In this document: piece after piece, positions 1 to 9,208 of the stretch
Layout of the letters: each line of letters starts with the position of its first letter
Position numbering within the stretch: position 1 is the stretch's first letter
NCBI GenBank assembly: GCA_963719315.1
Contig: CAVRBU010000002.1
Coordinates: forward strand, 1,664,001-1,728,000
Direction: 5' to 3'
Length of the DNA stretch: 64,000 nt
Source of the DNA: an uncultured Planctomycetota bacterium
Lineage (GTDB): Bacteria > Planctomycetota > Planctomycetia > Pirellulales > Lacipirellulaceae
Program-made: the position numbers and the translations under genes
The notes under the pieces: model-generated
Told to the model about the DNA's origin: nothing
The model's input: only the letters and a program-made list of their open reading frames with translations
Databases searched by the model: none

Positions 1-948
1 GCCGAAGCGGCTTGGCTCGAACAAACCGAGCTGAACATCGAAGTTTACAACTGGCTTTATGGAGAAATGTGCGGCTCGTTATCGCAAGGCTGCTACCTGG
101 ATGCCAGGCGGCTCGGTGACCTGATCCTACGACGAAAAAAACTTCTCAATACCAAGCAAATACAAGATATATGGCACACTGCAGCCATCTCGTGCTTCTT
201 CGCAAACGACTTCGAAACCGCCATCAAGCATTTGCTGTCGCTAAAAGGCACTTCGACGTTCACCCCGGGCCATGCGGAATCGCTTGCCATGAATCAACGC
301 TATCTTCCGCTATGGAAGATAGAGCAAGAAACACGCCTGCGGGAAGCGAAGTCCAATGACCTGCCTCGTGTTGCGATAGAAACGACAGACGGCAAGATTA
401 TCGTCGAACTATTCAGCGACTCAGCACCTAATACAGTCGCACAATTCATCGAGCTCGTTCGCTCACAATCGTTCGATAAAGTGCCGATTGCCGATGTTTC
501 CGATGGGATGAGAACAGCGTTGCAGATTAGCGACGATAAACACACTCCGCGTCTCTCGACTACCGAAGCGAATGCGCGCAATCATCGTCTTCACTTCCAC
601 GGCACGTTAAGTGTCGGACGCCACGCTGACAACGGCCAGGAGAATATCGCATTCGTGCTGGCACCAGTGCCGGAATGGGATGGGAAAAGCACCGTAGTCG
701 GACGAGCAATCGAAGGCGTGGCGGTCCTCGAGAAAATTCTGCGTTCCCCCGTAAATGATCCAGCCGAGCCGGCCGTTCGGATCATCAAGGCCTCGGTCCT
801 TCGACCGCAAATTCGAACCCTGCCACTTCGTTCATGCGGCTGCAATTACATGTGCCGCCTCGTCGCACAACTGCTTCGCTTCGAACTCAGCCGTCGCCTC
901 GGCGATCAGCCGCACAATCGGCTCCGTGTTGCTGGCACGCACGAGTAG
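1..948 (+). CDS. Cyclophilin-fold (peptidyl-prolyl isomerase-like) protein, 5' partial, degenerate active site
   Basis: Frame open from base 1. LPRVAIETTDGKIIVELFSDSAPNTVAQFIELV, HFHGTLSV and WDGKSTVVGRAIEG match the cyclophilin scaffold. 3' end overlaps the convergent gene. Confidence 0.7.
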   Translation, partial: AEAAWLEQTELNIEVYNWLYGEMCGSLSQGCYLDARRLGDLILRRKKLLNTKQIQDIWHTAAISCFFANDFETAIKHLLSLKGTSTFTPGHAESLAMNQRYLPLWKIEQETRLREAKSNDLPRVAIETTDGKIIVELFSDSAPNTVAQFIELVRSQSFDKVPIADVSDGMRTALQISDDKHTPRLSTTEANARNHRLHFHGTLSVGRHADNGQENIAFVLAPVPEWDGKSTVVGRAIEGVAVLEKILRSPVNDPAEPAVRIIKASVLRPQIRTLPLRSCGCNYMCRLVAQLLRFELSRRLGDQPHNRLRVAGTHE

Positions 949-2205
949 CCAACTCTCGCGGCCATTTGCCAGCGTCCAATCAAGCCGCAAGCCATCCAGC
1001 CGATCCGCCTTCGCATCGGAAAAATGCTTTTCCAGCGCATCAAACGCCGCTGCCACTGCCTCCCTCGTCAATGTTAGCTTCGTCTTGTGAATCGCGTAGC
1101 ACGGCAGTTCATCAGCGAGCGTGCTCACGGGCAAGTCGCGTGCGGCCATCGCATCAATCACGAGCGCCATGCCGACGAAGCTGTCGCGAACCAGGCCGAC
1201 GCGCGGGTCGATTGCGCCGCCGTTGCCTTCGCCGCCGAATATTGCGCCACGTTTCAGCATTTCGTCCACGACGTTGGCCTCGCCCACGGCGGAGCGGAAA
1301 AACGGCACGCCGTATTTCGCCGCCAGATCCTCGGTCATGCGGCTGGTCGAGCAATTCGTAACCACGGGACCCGGTATGTTGCGAAGCACGTGGTCGACGC
1401 ACAACGCCAAGGTGTATTCTTCACTCAAGTAGCGCCCGTTCTCGTCGATGATCGCCAGCCGATCGGCATCTGGGTCCTGGCAAAAACCGACGTGAGCGCC
1501 GGCCTGCGTCACTTGCTTCAACACGGCGGCGAGGTTCTCGGACGTTGGCTCCGGCGGGTGCGCGAATCTACCGTCCGACGAGCCACCTAACATCGTCACG
1601 TCGCACCCGAGCCGTTCCAGTAGCGGTGCGCCGAGCACACTGCCCGAGCCATGATTGGCATCAAGCAGCACATGGAACCGCTTGGCCCGGATGCGGTCGA
1701 TGTCGACCGTGCGTTCGATGAGGGCGAGGTGGGCGGATGTCGTGTCGGTGACTTGCTGAACGGAGGATGCAGGATTCCGGATGGGAGGCGCAGAATGGGA
1801 TTTGGCTAGAGACCGGTATGTTTGAAGAACTATCTCGCCTACCTTGGCGGGCACGACGCGGCCTTCGGCGGAGAAAAGTTTCATGCCGTTGTATTCGGCC
1901 GGGTTGTGGCTGGCAGAGATCTGAATGCCGCCGGCGCAATGGTGATGCCGAATCAGAACGCCGGTGGTGGGTGTTGCGGTGATGCCAACGTCCAAGACGG
2001 ATCGCGTGCCGTTCTGCGATAGCCCGGCCACGATCGGGGCGACTAACGCCGGCCCGTTTGCCCGGCCATCGCGCGAGACCAAAAGAGGCCCCGGCGGCAG
2101 CGTGGCGGCAAACGCTGCCGCGTAGCGAAACGCAACATCGGCCGTGAGCGAGTCGCCGACGATGCCCCGCAGGCCGGAAACGCTAATGATGGGTTCGTTC
2201 TCCAC
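832..2205 (-). CDS. glmM: Phosphoglucosamine mutase / phosphomannomutase family
   Basis: SASHNP phosphoserine loop, DPDADR metal loop, GEGNGG, RASNTEP. Exact substrate not resolvable. Confidence 0.85.
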   Translation of the reverse strand: MENEPIISVSGLRGIVGDSLTADVAFRYAAAFAATLPPGPLLVSRDGRANGPALVAPIVAGLSQNGTRSVLDVGITATPTTGVLIRHHHCAGGIQISASHNPAEYNGMKLFSAEGRVVPAKVGEIVLQTYRSLAKSHSAPPIRNPASSVQQVTDTTSAHLALIERTVDIDRIRAKRFHVLLDANHGSGSVLGAPLLERLGCDVTMLGGSSDGRFAHPPEPTSENLAAVLKQVTQAGAHVGFCQDPDADRLAIIDENGRYLSEEYTLALCVDHVLRNIPGPVVTNCSTSRMTEDLAAKYGVPFFRSAVGEANVVDEMLKRGAIFGGEGNGGAIDPRVGLVRDSFVGMALVIDAMAARDLPVSTLADELPCYAIHKTKLTLTREAVAAAFDALEKHFSDAKADRLDGLRLDWTLANGRESWLLVRASNTEPIVRLIAEATAEFEAKQLCDEAAHVIAAA

Positions 2206-2273
2206 GGCGACAAATGGTCCTGGATGGTGCGCGATCGACGCAGTATAGAGACGAGGGCCGGATACGGCAATTT

Positions 2274-2363
2274 GTAGTAGGCACGCGGAGCATTCCGTGA
2301 CCGCGCTCGTGGAATTATCGCGAATTCGTGGGGCGGTTACGGCACGCGGAGCGTGCCTACTAC
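2274..2363. repeat. GTAG-type REP doublet (REPIN-like)
   Basis: GTAGTAGGCACGC... / ...GGCACGCGGAGCGTGCCTACTAC inverted pair. Related copy at 59456-59568. Confidence 0.7.
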
Positions 2364-2434
2364 TTGGCAGGATCCCAGCACGCAGAGTATTCCTGCTACT
2401 ATCCCGGTGGTCGCGGGGCTACAATGAACGGTCC

Positions 2435-3512
2435 ATGGCACCGGAGCGTCACACACGTCGCAGTTTTTTGCAAGGCGAAGTCGCTTCGCGCGAGTTCGTC
2501 GGTCAGGTGCATCGAATGGACGAGGGCGTGGGCATCCCATCGCGTCAGTCGTTGGTGGTGAGCGTTCGCCGCCGGGCGATGGCCTGCGAGTTCGAAGTGC
2601 AGCTTGCGGCCGCCCGTAATGACGATTCGATGGAGCACGTGTTCTCCGCGCTCGACCTCGTCGAAGCATTGGAATCGCAACTGACCATCTATCGGAACGA
2701 CAGCGAAGTGGTCCGGATCAATCGGCGGGCAGGTAACGAACCGGTGACCGTCGAGAAGCAGCTTTTCGGACTGCTCCAACAGGCGCAACGGCTGCATCAA
2801 GACACAGACGGCGCGCTGGACATCACGAGCGGCCCGCTCTCCGAAGCGTGGGGCTTTTCGCGGCGCGAGGGGCGCGTTCCCAGCGACGACCAGATCGAAG
2901 CGGCTCGACAACTTGTTGGCATGCAACATGTGAAATTGGACGCCGTGCGACAAACGATTGCCTTTCGGCGAGCCGGCATGTCGATTAATTTTAACAGCCT
3001 CGGAAAAGGTTATGCCCTCGACCGCATGGCCGAGCTGCTGACGGCGAACGGCGTGGACGATTTTCTACTCCAGGGCGGAAAAAGCAGCGTGCTGGCGCGG
3101 CGATCAGCCGGGATCGGAAGACCCCGGTTGGCGAGTCGGCGTTCGGCACCCATTGCGGACCGCGGAGCGAATGGCGGAATTGATCCTACACAATCAAGCT
3201 TTATCGACTTCCGGCGCGGGCACGCAGTTTTTCATTCGCCGCGGGTATAGGTACGGTCACATCCTCGATCCGCGTACGGGCCGGCCGGCCGAGGGGCTGT
3301 ATTCGGCCACGGTGATCGCCCCCACGGCCGCTGAGGCCGAAGGATTGTCGACCGCTTTTTATGTCATGGGTCCGCACCAGGCTGGCGAGTTCTGTGCCGA
3401 TCGGCCGGAAATCTCCGCTTTATTGGTCGCACAGGGCGAGCGCGAGGGGGACGTACGACTAATCGCACTTGGCCAAGACAACGACCAATGGCTACGATTA
3501 GCGAACGACTAG
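2435..3512 (+). CDS. apbE: FAD:protein FMN transferase ApbE (frameshift near 3098)
   Basis: RAMACEF, SEVVRIN, GALDIT, GKGYALD in the first frame; LSTSG and GHILDPRTG in the second. Joining the frames gives LARGDQPGSEDPGWRVGVRHP. Confidence 0.9.
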
Positions 3513-3532
3513 GCTTTGTCTCCAATGTCCTT

Positions 3533-3619
3533 ATAGGTCCCTTCTGCCGGAAGGGACCTTTTTGCAAATCATCGAACTTCGCGATGAGGCTACGGTTCCG
3601 CTCGGCAAGCGGGACCTAC
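3533..3619. repeat. GTAG-type REP doublet
   Basis: AGGTCCCTTCTGCCGGAAGGGACCT and GGTTCCGCTCGGCAAGCGGGACCTAC. Same family at 19436-19462 and 36131-36215. Confidence 0.85.
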
Positions 3620-3665
3620 ATTTTCATCAAACGCGCTCGAACGCCCACTCCGAGAAGCAGTGCAC

Positions 3666-4322
3666 ATGCTCGGTTCGCTATTCCATCCCAGCAGCTACCT
3701 GGGAATCTTCCTGTTCATCGCATCCACGGGTTGTGGCATGCCGATTCCCGAGGAAGCGGCGATCGTGGTCGCGGGAGTGCTGAGTGCCCAAGGTCACCTG
3801 CACTGGGGCATCGCGTTTGCCGCATGCCTGGCCGGCGCGATCGTTGGCGATAGCTTCATGTACGCGATCGGCTATCACTGGGGTCACGGCATCTTCAAGT
3901 CCCATCCACGCTTTGCCAAGTTGCTGGCTACTGAAAATGAGGAGCAATTTCAACAGGCTATCGAAGGCCATTCGCTTAAAGTAATGCTGCTGTCCCGGTT
4001 CTTGATCGGCATTCGTGCGCCGGTGTACGTGATGACCGGCGTCGTCCGGATGCCCTATCGCCGGTTTTTCGTGTACGACTTGATCAGTGCGACGCTGGTG
4101 GTCGGCGCGGTGTTTTGGCTATCGTATGTCTTCGGCGACAACGTGCGAGAATGGGTTCACCATGCGGAATTCATTGCGACCCTGATCGTGCTCGCCGTGC
4201 TCGCGGTCGTCGGAGGTTTTTTGTATTACCGCAATCGTCAGGCGATTCTCGACTTTGTCTTCGGCAACGAAGCGCCGCCGGCCGAGCCTCAACCCTCGCC
4301 GCCGAGCCGCGAGAACCCGTGA
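3666..4322 (+). CDS. DedA family membrane protein
   Basis: GMPIPEE, GDSFMYAIG, SRFLIGIR; several hydrophobic helices. Confidence 0.9.
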   Translation: MLGSLFHPSSYLGIFLFIASTGCGMPIPEEAAIVVAGVLSAQGHLHWGIAFAACLAGAIVGDSFMYAIGYHWGHGIFKSHPRFAKLLATENEEQFQQAIEGHSLKVMLLSRFLIGIRAPVYVMTGVVRMPYRRFFVYDLISATLVVGAVFWLSYVFGDNVREWVHHAEFIATLIVLAVLAVVGGFLYYRNRQAILDFVFGNEAPPAEPQPSPPSRENP

Positions 4323-4717
4323 AAGCGCCGCATGAAATCGGCCAGGCCGCCGCTGGAGACAAAAGCTTCGGCAGTCCAGGGCTCCGAGGTCAGGACGTGG
4401 CGATTTCTTTCCGGCACTACGTAAGCATCGGCCGCGTGGACCACGCCATTGCAGCCATCGATCGATAAACTCAGCCGGTCGTAGAAGGCATCCTCGAATC
4501 GATCGAGGCGGACGAGGGACGCCTCATCCACATCGCGATACACGAGGCCGCGTACCACGCAGTTATCTTCCACCGCGATAATACCGGGAAACGACGCATC
4601 GCGCACGCGGAAGATCGAATAGCCGGACACCGTGCCCGCGACGGTTTCGAATTCGCGGCCGACGACGATCCGCCAAACCTCGGGGAACATCAAAGAGCCG
4701 TAGGTGAAGACGTGCAT
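4289..4717 (-). CDS. Gamma-glutamylcyclotransferase (AIG2-like) family
   Basis: N-terminal VFTYGSLM; LDRFED..Y.R. Confidence 0.85.
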   Translation of the reverse strand: MHVFTYGSLMFPEVWRIVVGREFETVAGTVSGYSIFRVRDASFPGIIAVEDNCVVRGLVYRDVDEASLVRLDRFEDAFYDRLSLSIDGCNGVVHAADAYVVPERNRHVLTSEPWTAEAFVSSGGLADFMRRFHGFSRLGGEG

Positions 4718-4772
4718 GGCGGCCGATATTCGCTATTGCCGGATCGAGGACTGGGATAGAATATAAGATGAG

Positions 4773-5036
4773 GTGTCGAAAATGGCGAGTGTCGAACTGA
4801 CAACCGAGCAAGTAATTCAACTCGTGCGGCAACTGCCGGCCGATCGCAAAATGGACGTGCTGCTGGCGTTGGCCAACGAATCGACATCGACGCAAGCCGA
4901 GCGAATGGCGATTGCTGAAAGGCAGTTTCGCCGACGGGCCGTCGAGCGTGGGTTGGATTGGGATTCGATGTCGGACGACGAGCGCGAGTATCTCGCGGAC
5001 GACTTGATCCACGAGGATCGACCGTGTCACGAGTAG
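4773..5036 (+). CDS. Small hypothetical protein, probable antitoxin
   Basis: 87 aa; overlaps the start of the PIN-domain gene. Confidence 0.6.
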   Translation: MSKMASVELTTEQVIQLVRQLPADRKMDVLLALANESTSTQAERMAIAERQFRRRAVERGLDWDSMSDDEREYLADDLIHEDRPCHE

Positions 5037-5438
5037 TCGTATTCGACACCAACATTATCCTGTCTGCCATCGGTTGGCGAGGCAAGCCCTTCGATTGCCT
5101 GGAACTAGCATGGGAGGGAATCGTCGAAGGTGCTACTTGCGCCGAATTGCTCGAGGAACTGTCGGCGAAAACTCCAGTCCAAGCTATCGTTCACCGTCGA
5201 ACAAACAAATGCTGCGGTGCTCGATCTGTTGACCTACCTCCGAGTATGTCGAATCTCGGGGCAGCTCGCTGCCGTTCCTGCCGACCCGGCGGACGATAAG
5301 ACATTAGAGTGCGCGCTCATTGCCGGCGCGTCTTACCTTGTGACCGGCGATCGGCGTCATCTATTGCCGATGAAGAGTTTTCGGGGAATTCAAATCGTGA
5401 CGGCGGCAGAGTTTCTTTCCTTGGTTCCGAAGATGTAA
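5024..5438 (+). CDS. PIN-domain toxin-like protein (frameshift near 5168)
   Basis: VVFDTNIILSA in one frame; DPADDKTLECA and LVTGDRRHLL in the next. The shift lies in an A4 run. Confidence 0.85.
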
Positions 5439-5452
5439 GCATTTCGAAGTGA

Positions 5453-6268
5453 ATGGGCTCTCCCATTATCACAAGCCGGCAGAATCCGCGGGTGAAAGAA
5501 GCCGTAGCGCTGCGCAGCGGGCGCGAGCGAAAGCGGCTCGGGCGATTCATCATTGACGGTGCGCGGGAAGTCACGCGGGCAATCGAGGCCGGCGTTACGC
5601 CGATCGAGGCGTTTGTGTGTGACGACCTCGCTCAGTCGCACGATAGCCAGAAGGCGATCGCGGACCTTGAAGCGACAGGCGCCGAAGTGTTTTGCGTTTC
5701 GACGGATGTGTACGAAAAGCTGGCATTCGGCGATCGCCGGGACGGCGTTCTCGTTGTCGCCCAACGCCAGAACCGCCCTCTTGCGAGCCTTCAACTGCCG
5801 GCCAATCCGCTTGTAGCCGTCCTGGAAGGGCTCGAAAAGCCCGGCAACGTCGGCGCAATCCTGCGGAGCGCCGATGCAGCGGGGATTGATGCAGTCATCG
5901 TCGCCGATGGCCGAACGGATCTTCATAACCCCAACACGATTCGGGCCAGCTTGGGCACGGTGTTTCGAGCGAATGTGTGTGAAGCCACGACTGCCGAGGC
6001 CATCGAGTGGCTGCGGCTAAAGGAACTTTCCATAATCGCGGCGCGGCCCGACGCTGCGAAGCTTTACATCGAGATCGACCTGCGTAGCGGCGCCGCGATT
6101 GTGCTGGGCAGCGAAGCAAATGGAATCAGTGGCGCCTGGAACGCAACTGGCGTCACTGCCGTGAGGCTGCCGATGCACGGGATTGCCGATAGCCTGAATG
6201 TATCGACGACGGCTGCCGTGTTGTTTTACGAAGCGCTTCGGCAACGTGGGGCCACATCGGTGGATTAA
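5453..6268 (+). CDS. TrmH/SpoU family RNA 2'-O-methyltransferase
   Basis: ITSRQNPRVK, EKPGNVGAILRSADA, GSEANG, SLNVS. Confidence 0.93.
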   Translation: MGSPIITSRQNPRVKEAVALRSGRERKRLGRFIIDGAREVTRAIEAGVTPIEAFVCDDLAQSHDSQKAIADLEATGAEVFCVSTDVYEKLAFGDRRDGVLVVAQRQNRPLASLQLPANPLVAVLEGLEKPGNVGAILRSADAAGIDAVIVADGRTDLHNPNTIRASLGTVFRANVCEATTAEAIEWLRLKELSIIAARPDAAKLYIEIDLRSGAAIVLGSEANGISGAWNATGVTAVRLPMHGIADSLNVSTTAAVLFYEALRQRGATSVD

Positions 6269-7368
6269 CTGCCGCTTTTGGGCGGCGTGGCCGCCTTGCG
6301 GGCTTCGGCGATCACCTGGTCGATGCGGCGGGTGTTGGCCCAATCGTCCTTGTAGTTTACCGGCACGAACTTGCTTTTTCCTTCCGGACCGAATTGCTTT
6401 TCGAGCCCGGTGCCTTTCCAGTCGAAATTGAGCAACACATCTTTAATTCCGTCGCGCAAGTCGGGCGACAGATCATAGACATACCCGATCGTCGCTGGCG
6501 GGAATCGCTCCGAGGTATAGATCGAGACGTATGCGGAAGGATCGATTTCCTTGCTTTCTTTCATGCCTGCAAGCAGGTCGCTCGCCACCGGCGCAACGTC
6601 AAACTTCTTCTCGGCTACGCCCTTAATCGATTCTCTTTGCCCGGACGAGAACCCCCATTGGTAATCTCGCTCCGGCAGGAAATTGCACTTCTCCTTCAAC
6701 AGCACAATTGGCGCCTTGCAGCCCGAGTTTGAATCTGTGGTCGAAAACGTGACTTTGTGCCCTTTGATGTCGTCAAGTTTTTGGATTGGACTGCCGGTGG
6801 GCACGATGAATTCCATCGTGTAGCCCCACGTGCCGTCGTCGCGCCCTAATGTGCAGAAAGGCACGAATCCAGCTTGCTCAACCGCAGTTTGCACGAGGCC
6901 CGTGTTGAGTCCAACGATGTGCAACTCGCCTTTCTTGAGTGCCGCCATCTGCTCGTCTGCTGTGGTGAAGTGCACGAGCTTCACGTCTTTTCCAGTTTTC
7001 TCTTTGATCGCCGCAAGGAGTTCCTTCCAAGTATCCTCGGACGGCGCTTCTTCCTCGGCCACGTAGGAGAACACCAAAGTGTCGGGAGTGATCAACTTGG
7101 CCGGGTCGGTCGGGGGATCGGCCACCATGTCGTTGTCGGCGTCGGCAAACTCCAAGACGCCCCCGGTGACCATCGGCTCAGACGTAAACATTCGCGCCAT
7201 CATACTCGGCGCGATATCGCCGCGGGCCTTCGACTCCAGATTCGACGACCACCAATACGCGGCCAAGCCCACGATGGCGATGGGCAACACGATCGCTAAA
7301 ACGCGCCCCGGAGAAGAGGCCGGCCGCGGTGCGCCAGACGATGAATTCGTGGATGTTGATTCGCTCAT
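6265..7368 (-). CDS. Phosphate/phosphite/phosphonate ABC substrate-binding protein (PhnD-like)
   Basis: N-terminal TM helix, DADNDMVADPP, SNSG, VAPVASD, SERFP. Confidence 0.8.
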   Translation of the reverse strand: MSESTSTNSSSGAPRPASSPGRVLAIVLPIAIVGLAAYWWSSNLESKARGDIAPSMMARMFTSEPMVTGGVLEFADADNDMVADPPTDPAKLITPDTLVFSYVAEEEAPSEDTWKELLAAIKEKTGKDVKLVHFTTADEQMAALKKGELHIVGLNTGLVQTAVEQAGFVPFCTLGRDDGTWGYTMEFIVPTGSPIQKLDDIKGHKVTFSTTDSNSGCKAPIVLLKEKCNFLPERDYQWGFSSGQRESIKGVAEKKFDVAPVASDLLAGMKESKEIDPSAYVSIYTSERFPPATIGYVYDLSPDLRDGIKDVLLNFDWKGTGLEKQFGPEGKSKFVPVNYKDDWANTRRIDQVIAEARKAATPPKSGS

Positions 7369-7507
7369 GGATAAGACCTTCCGTTGCCGGGAATAAGAGG
7401 CGATGACCGAATGGGGCGCCTTTCAAGATAACACTCCCCGCTCATTAATCCAACAAACGCGCAAGAATGAGCGGAAAAATGGGAGGAACGTAAAGTTTGG
7501 CGGTGAT

Positions 7508-8371
7508 TTACGTTTCCAGCGACTGGGCGGCCGATAGCGTGTTTCTCAGCAGCATCGCGATCGTGAGCGGGCCGACACCGCCCGGTACCGGCGTAATTGC
7601 CCCGGCTACCGCGGCCACGGCGGCGAAATCGACGTCTCCCACTACGCCTTTGCCCGTGCGGTTGATGCCGACGTCCACCACCGTGGCCCCCGGCTTCACC
7701 ATTTCGGCCGAGACGAAATCTGGACGGCCGATGGCAACGATGAGAATATCCGCCAGCCGGGTGATGAAAGTCAGATCGCGCGACCGGCTGTGGCAAAGCG
7801 TGACGGTCGCGTCGCCGCCTGGGCCGTGTTGCGAAAGCATGATGGACAGCGGCCGGCCTACGATCTCGCTCCTGCCGAGGATGACCACGTGCCGCCCGGC
7901 GATCTCGATGCCACTCCGCACGAGCAGTTGTTGCACTCCTTGTGGCGTGCAGGGCAAGAACCGCGGGCGACCTTGCACCAGTCGGCCAACGTTTTCGGGA
8001 TGAAACGCATCGACGTCTTTGTTAGGACTCACGGCCAAGTGCACGCGGTTTTTATCGATCTGCGGGGGCAGAGGAAGTTGTACGAGAATGCCGTGAACTT
8101 CGGCGTCTTTGTTCAGCTTGGCGATCAGCTTTAATAGATCGTCCGAGGTTGCATCACCACTGAGCCGATGCAATTGGCTCTCGATGCCCACGGCCTCGCA
8201 CGCGCGCTGCTTGTTTTGCACGTAAACTTCGCTGGCGGCGTTGTCGCCGACCAGCACGGCGGCCAGACATGGCACCGCGCCGTTGTTCTGAATGAACTCG
8301 ACCACTTCCTCGGTCAGCTCCGATCGAAGCTGTTGCGCTAACTTCTTGCCGTCGAGGATGGTGGCGGGCAT
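7508..8371 (-). CDS. folD: Methylenetetrahydrofolate dehydrogenase/cyclohydrolase
   Basis: HGILVQLPLP, KDVDAFHP, PCTP, GRSEIVG, PVPGGVGP. Confidence 0.97.
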   Translation of the reverse strand: MPATILDGKKLAQQLRSELTEEVVEFIQNNGAVPCLAAVLVGDNAASEVYVQNKQRACEAVGIESQLHRLSGDATSDDLLKLIAKLNKDAEVHGILVQLPLPPQIDKNRVHLAVSPNKDVDAFHPENVGRLVQGRPRFLPCTPQGVQQLLVRSGIEIAGRHVVILGRSEIVGRPLSIMLSQHGPGGDATVTLCHSRSRDLTFITRLADILIVAIGRPDFVSAEMVKPGATVVDVGINRTGKGVVGDVDFAAVAAVAGAITPVPGGVGPLTIAMLLRNTLSAAQSLET

Positions 8372-8466
8372 GAAGGGTTTAGGGTCGAGGGTTGAGAGTT
8401 GAGGGCCGGAGGAGGCACAGAATCAGGCAGTTGGATGGAGATTTTATCTCGTTTTGGGGCCGAGCG

Positions 8467-9009
8467 TCAGCCCACCACGGTGAGCAGTGTCCAGCCATAG
8501 TGATCGCAAAGCCACGACAGTCCCAATAACGCAGCGCACGCGAAAATGGCGGCCACGAGGTCGTCGGCCATGACCCCCAGGCCATCGGGCAGGTGTTCCA
8601 ATTGTGCACACGGCGGAGGTTTGGTGATATCGAACAGCCGGTGGAACAGGAAACCAGCCAGGGCGATTTTCCAATTCGTGAGCTGCACGATCAGGAAAAC
8701 AATTGGCATAGTTACGATCTCATCCCAAATAATGGCTTGGTTGTCTTTCGACCCGCCCAACGCGCGGCCCGCCACCGTGCACAGCGGAATGCCGATCACG
8801 AAAAGCGTGGCAATTACCAGAATCTGCCAGCCAACGCCCGGCAGCCGGCTGATCACCCATGCCAACGGCAACCCCTCCAAGCACGATCCCATCGTTCCAG
8901 GTGATACGGTCACCAGGCCAAGGCCGAAGCCTGTCGCAAGCCACGCAGCAAGTCTGGGAACAAAGGGCCGATGACTTGGAGCCGAGGGTTCGTGCTGTTT
9001 GTTTGACAT
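8467..9009 (-). CDS. pgpA: Phosphatidylglycerophosphatase A
   Basis: PGTMGS, IIWDEI, RLFDITKP, GVMADD. Confidence 0.92.
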   Translation of the reverse strand: MSNKQHEPSAPSHRPFVPRLAAWLATGFGLGLVTVSPGTMGSCLEGLPLAWVISRLPGVGWQILVIATLFVIGIPLCTVAGRALGGSKDNQAIIWDEIVTMPIVFLIVQLTNWKIALAGFLFHRLFDITKPPPCAQLEHLPDGLGVMADDLVAAIFACAALLGLSWLCDHYGWTLLTVVG

Positions 9010-9208
9010 AAAACTACAGATTTCAAAGCGTCTCACCTGGATGGATGAACCACAAGCAACTCGCTTTGCTCATGCTATTAGGGCTTCCCCAGCTTTAAGC
9101 CCCACAGTTCATGGCTTCCAGCGACCAATCTTGGCTCGGCCTCGATTTCCACCTATCATTGACACTGTAGTAAAGTAGGTAATGTTTAGCGATTTGGTAA
9201 AGATCACA

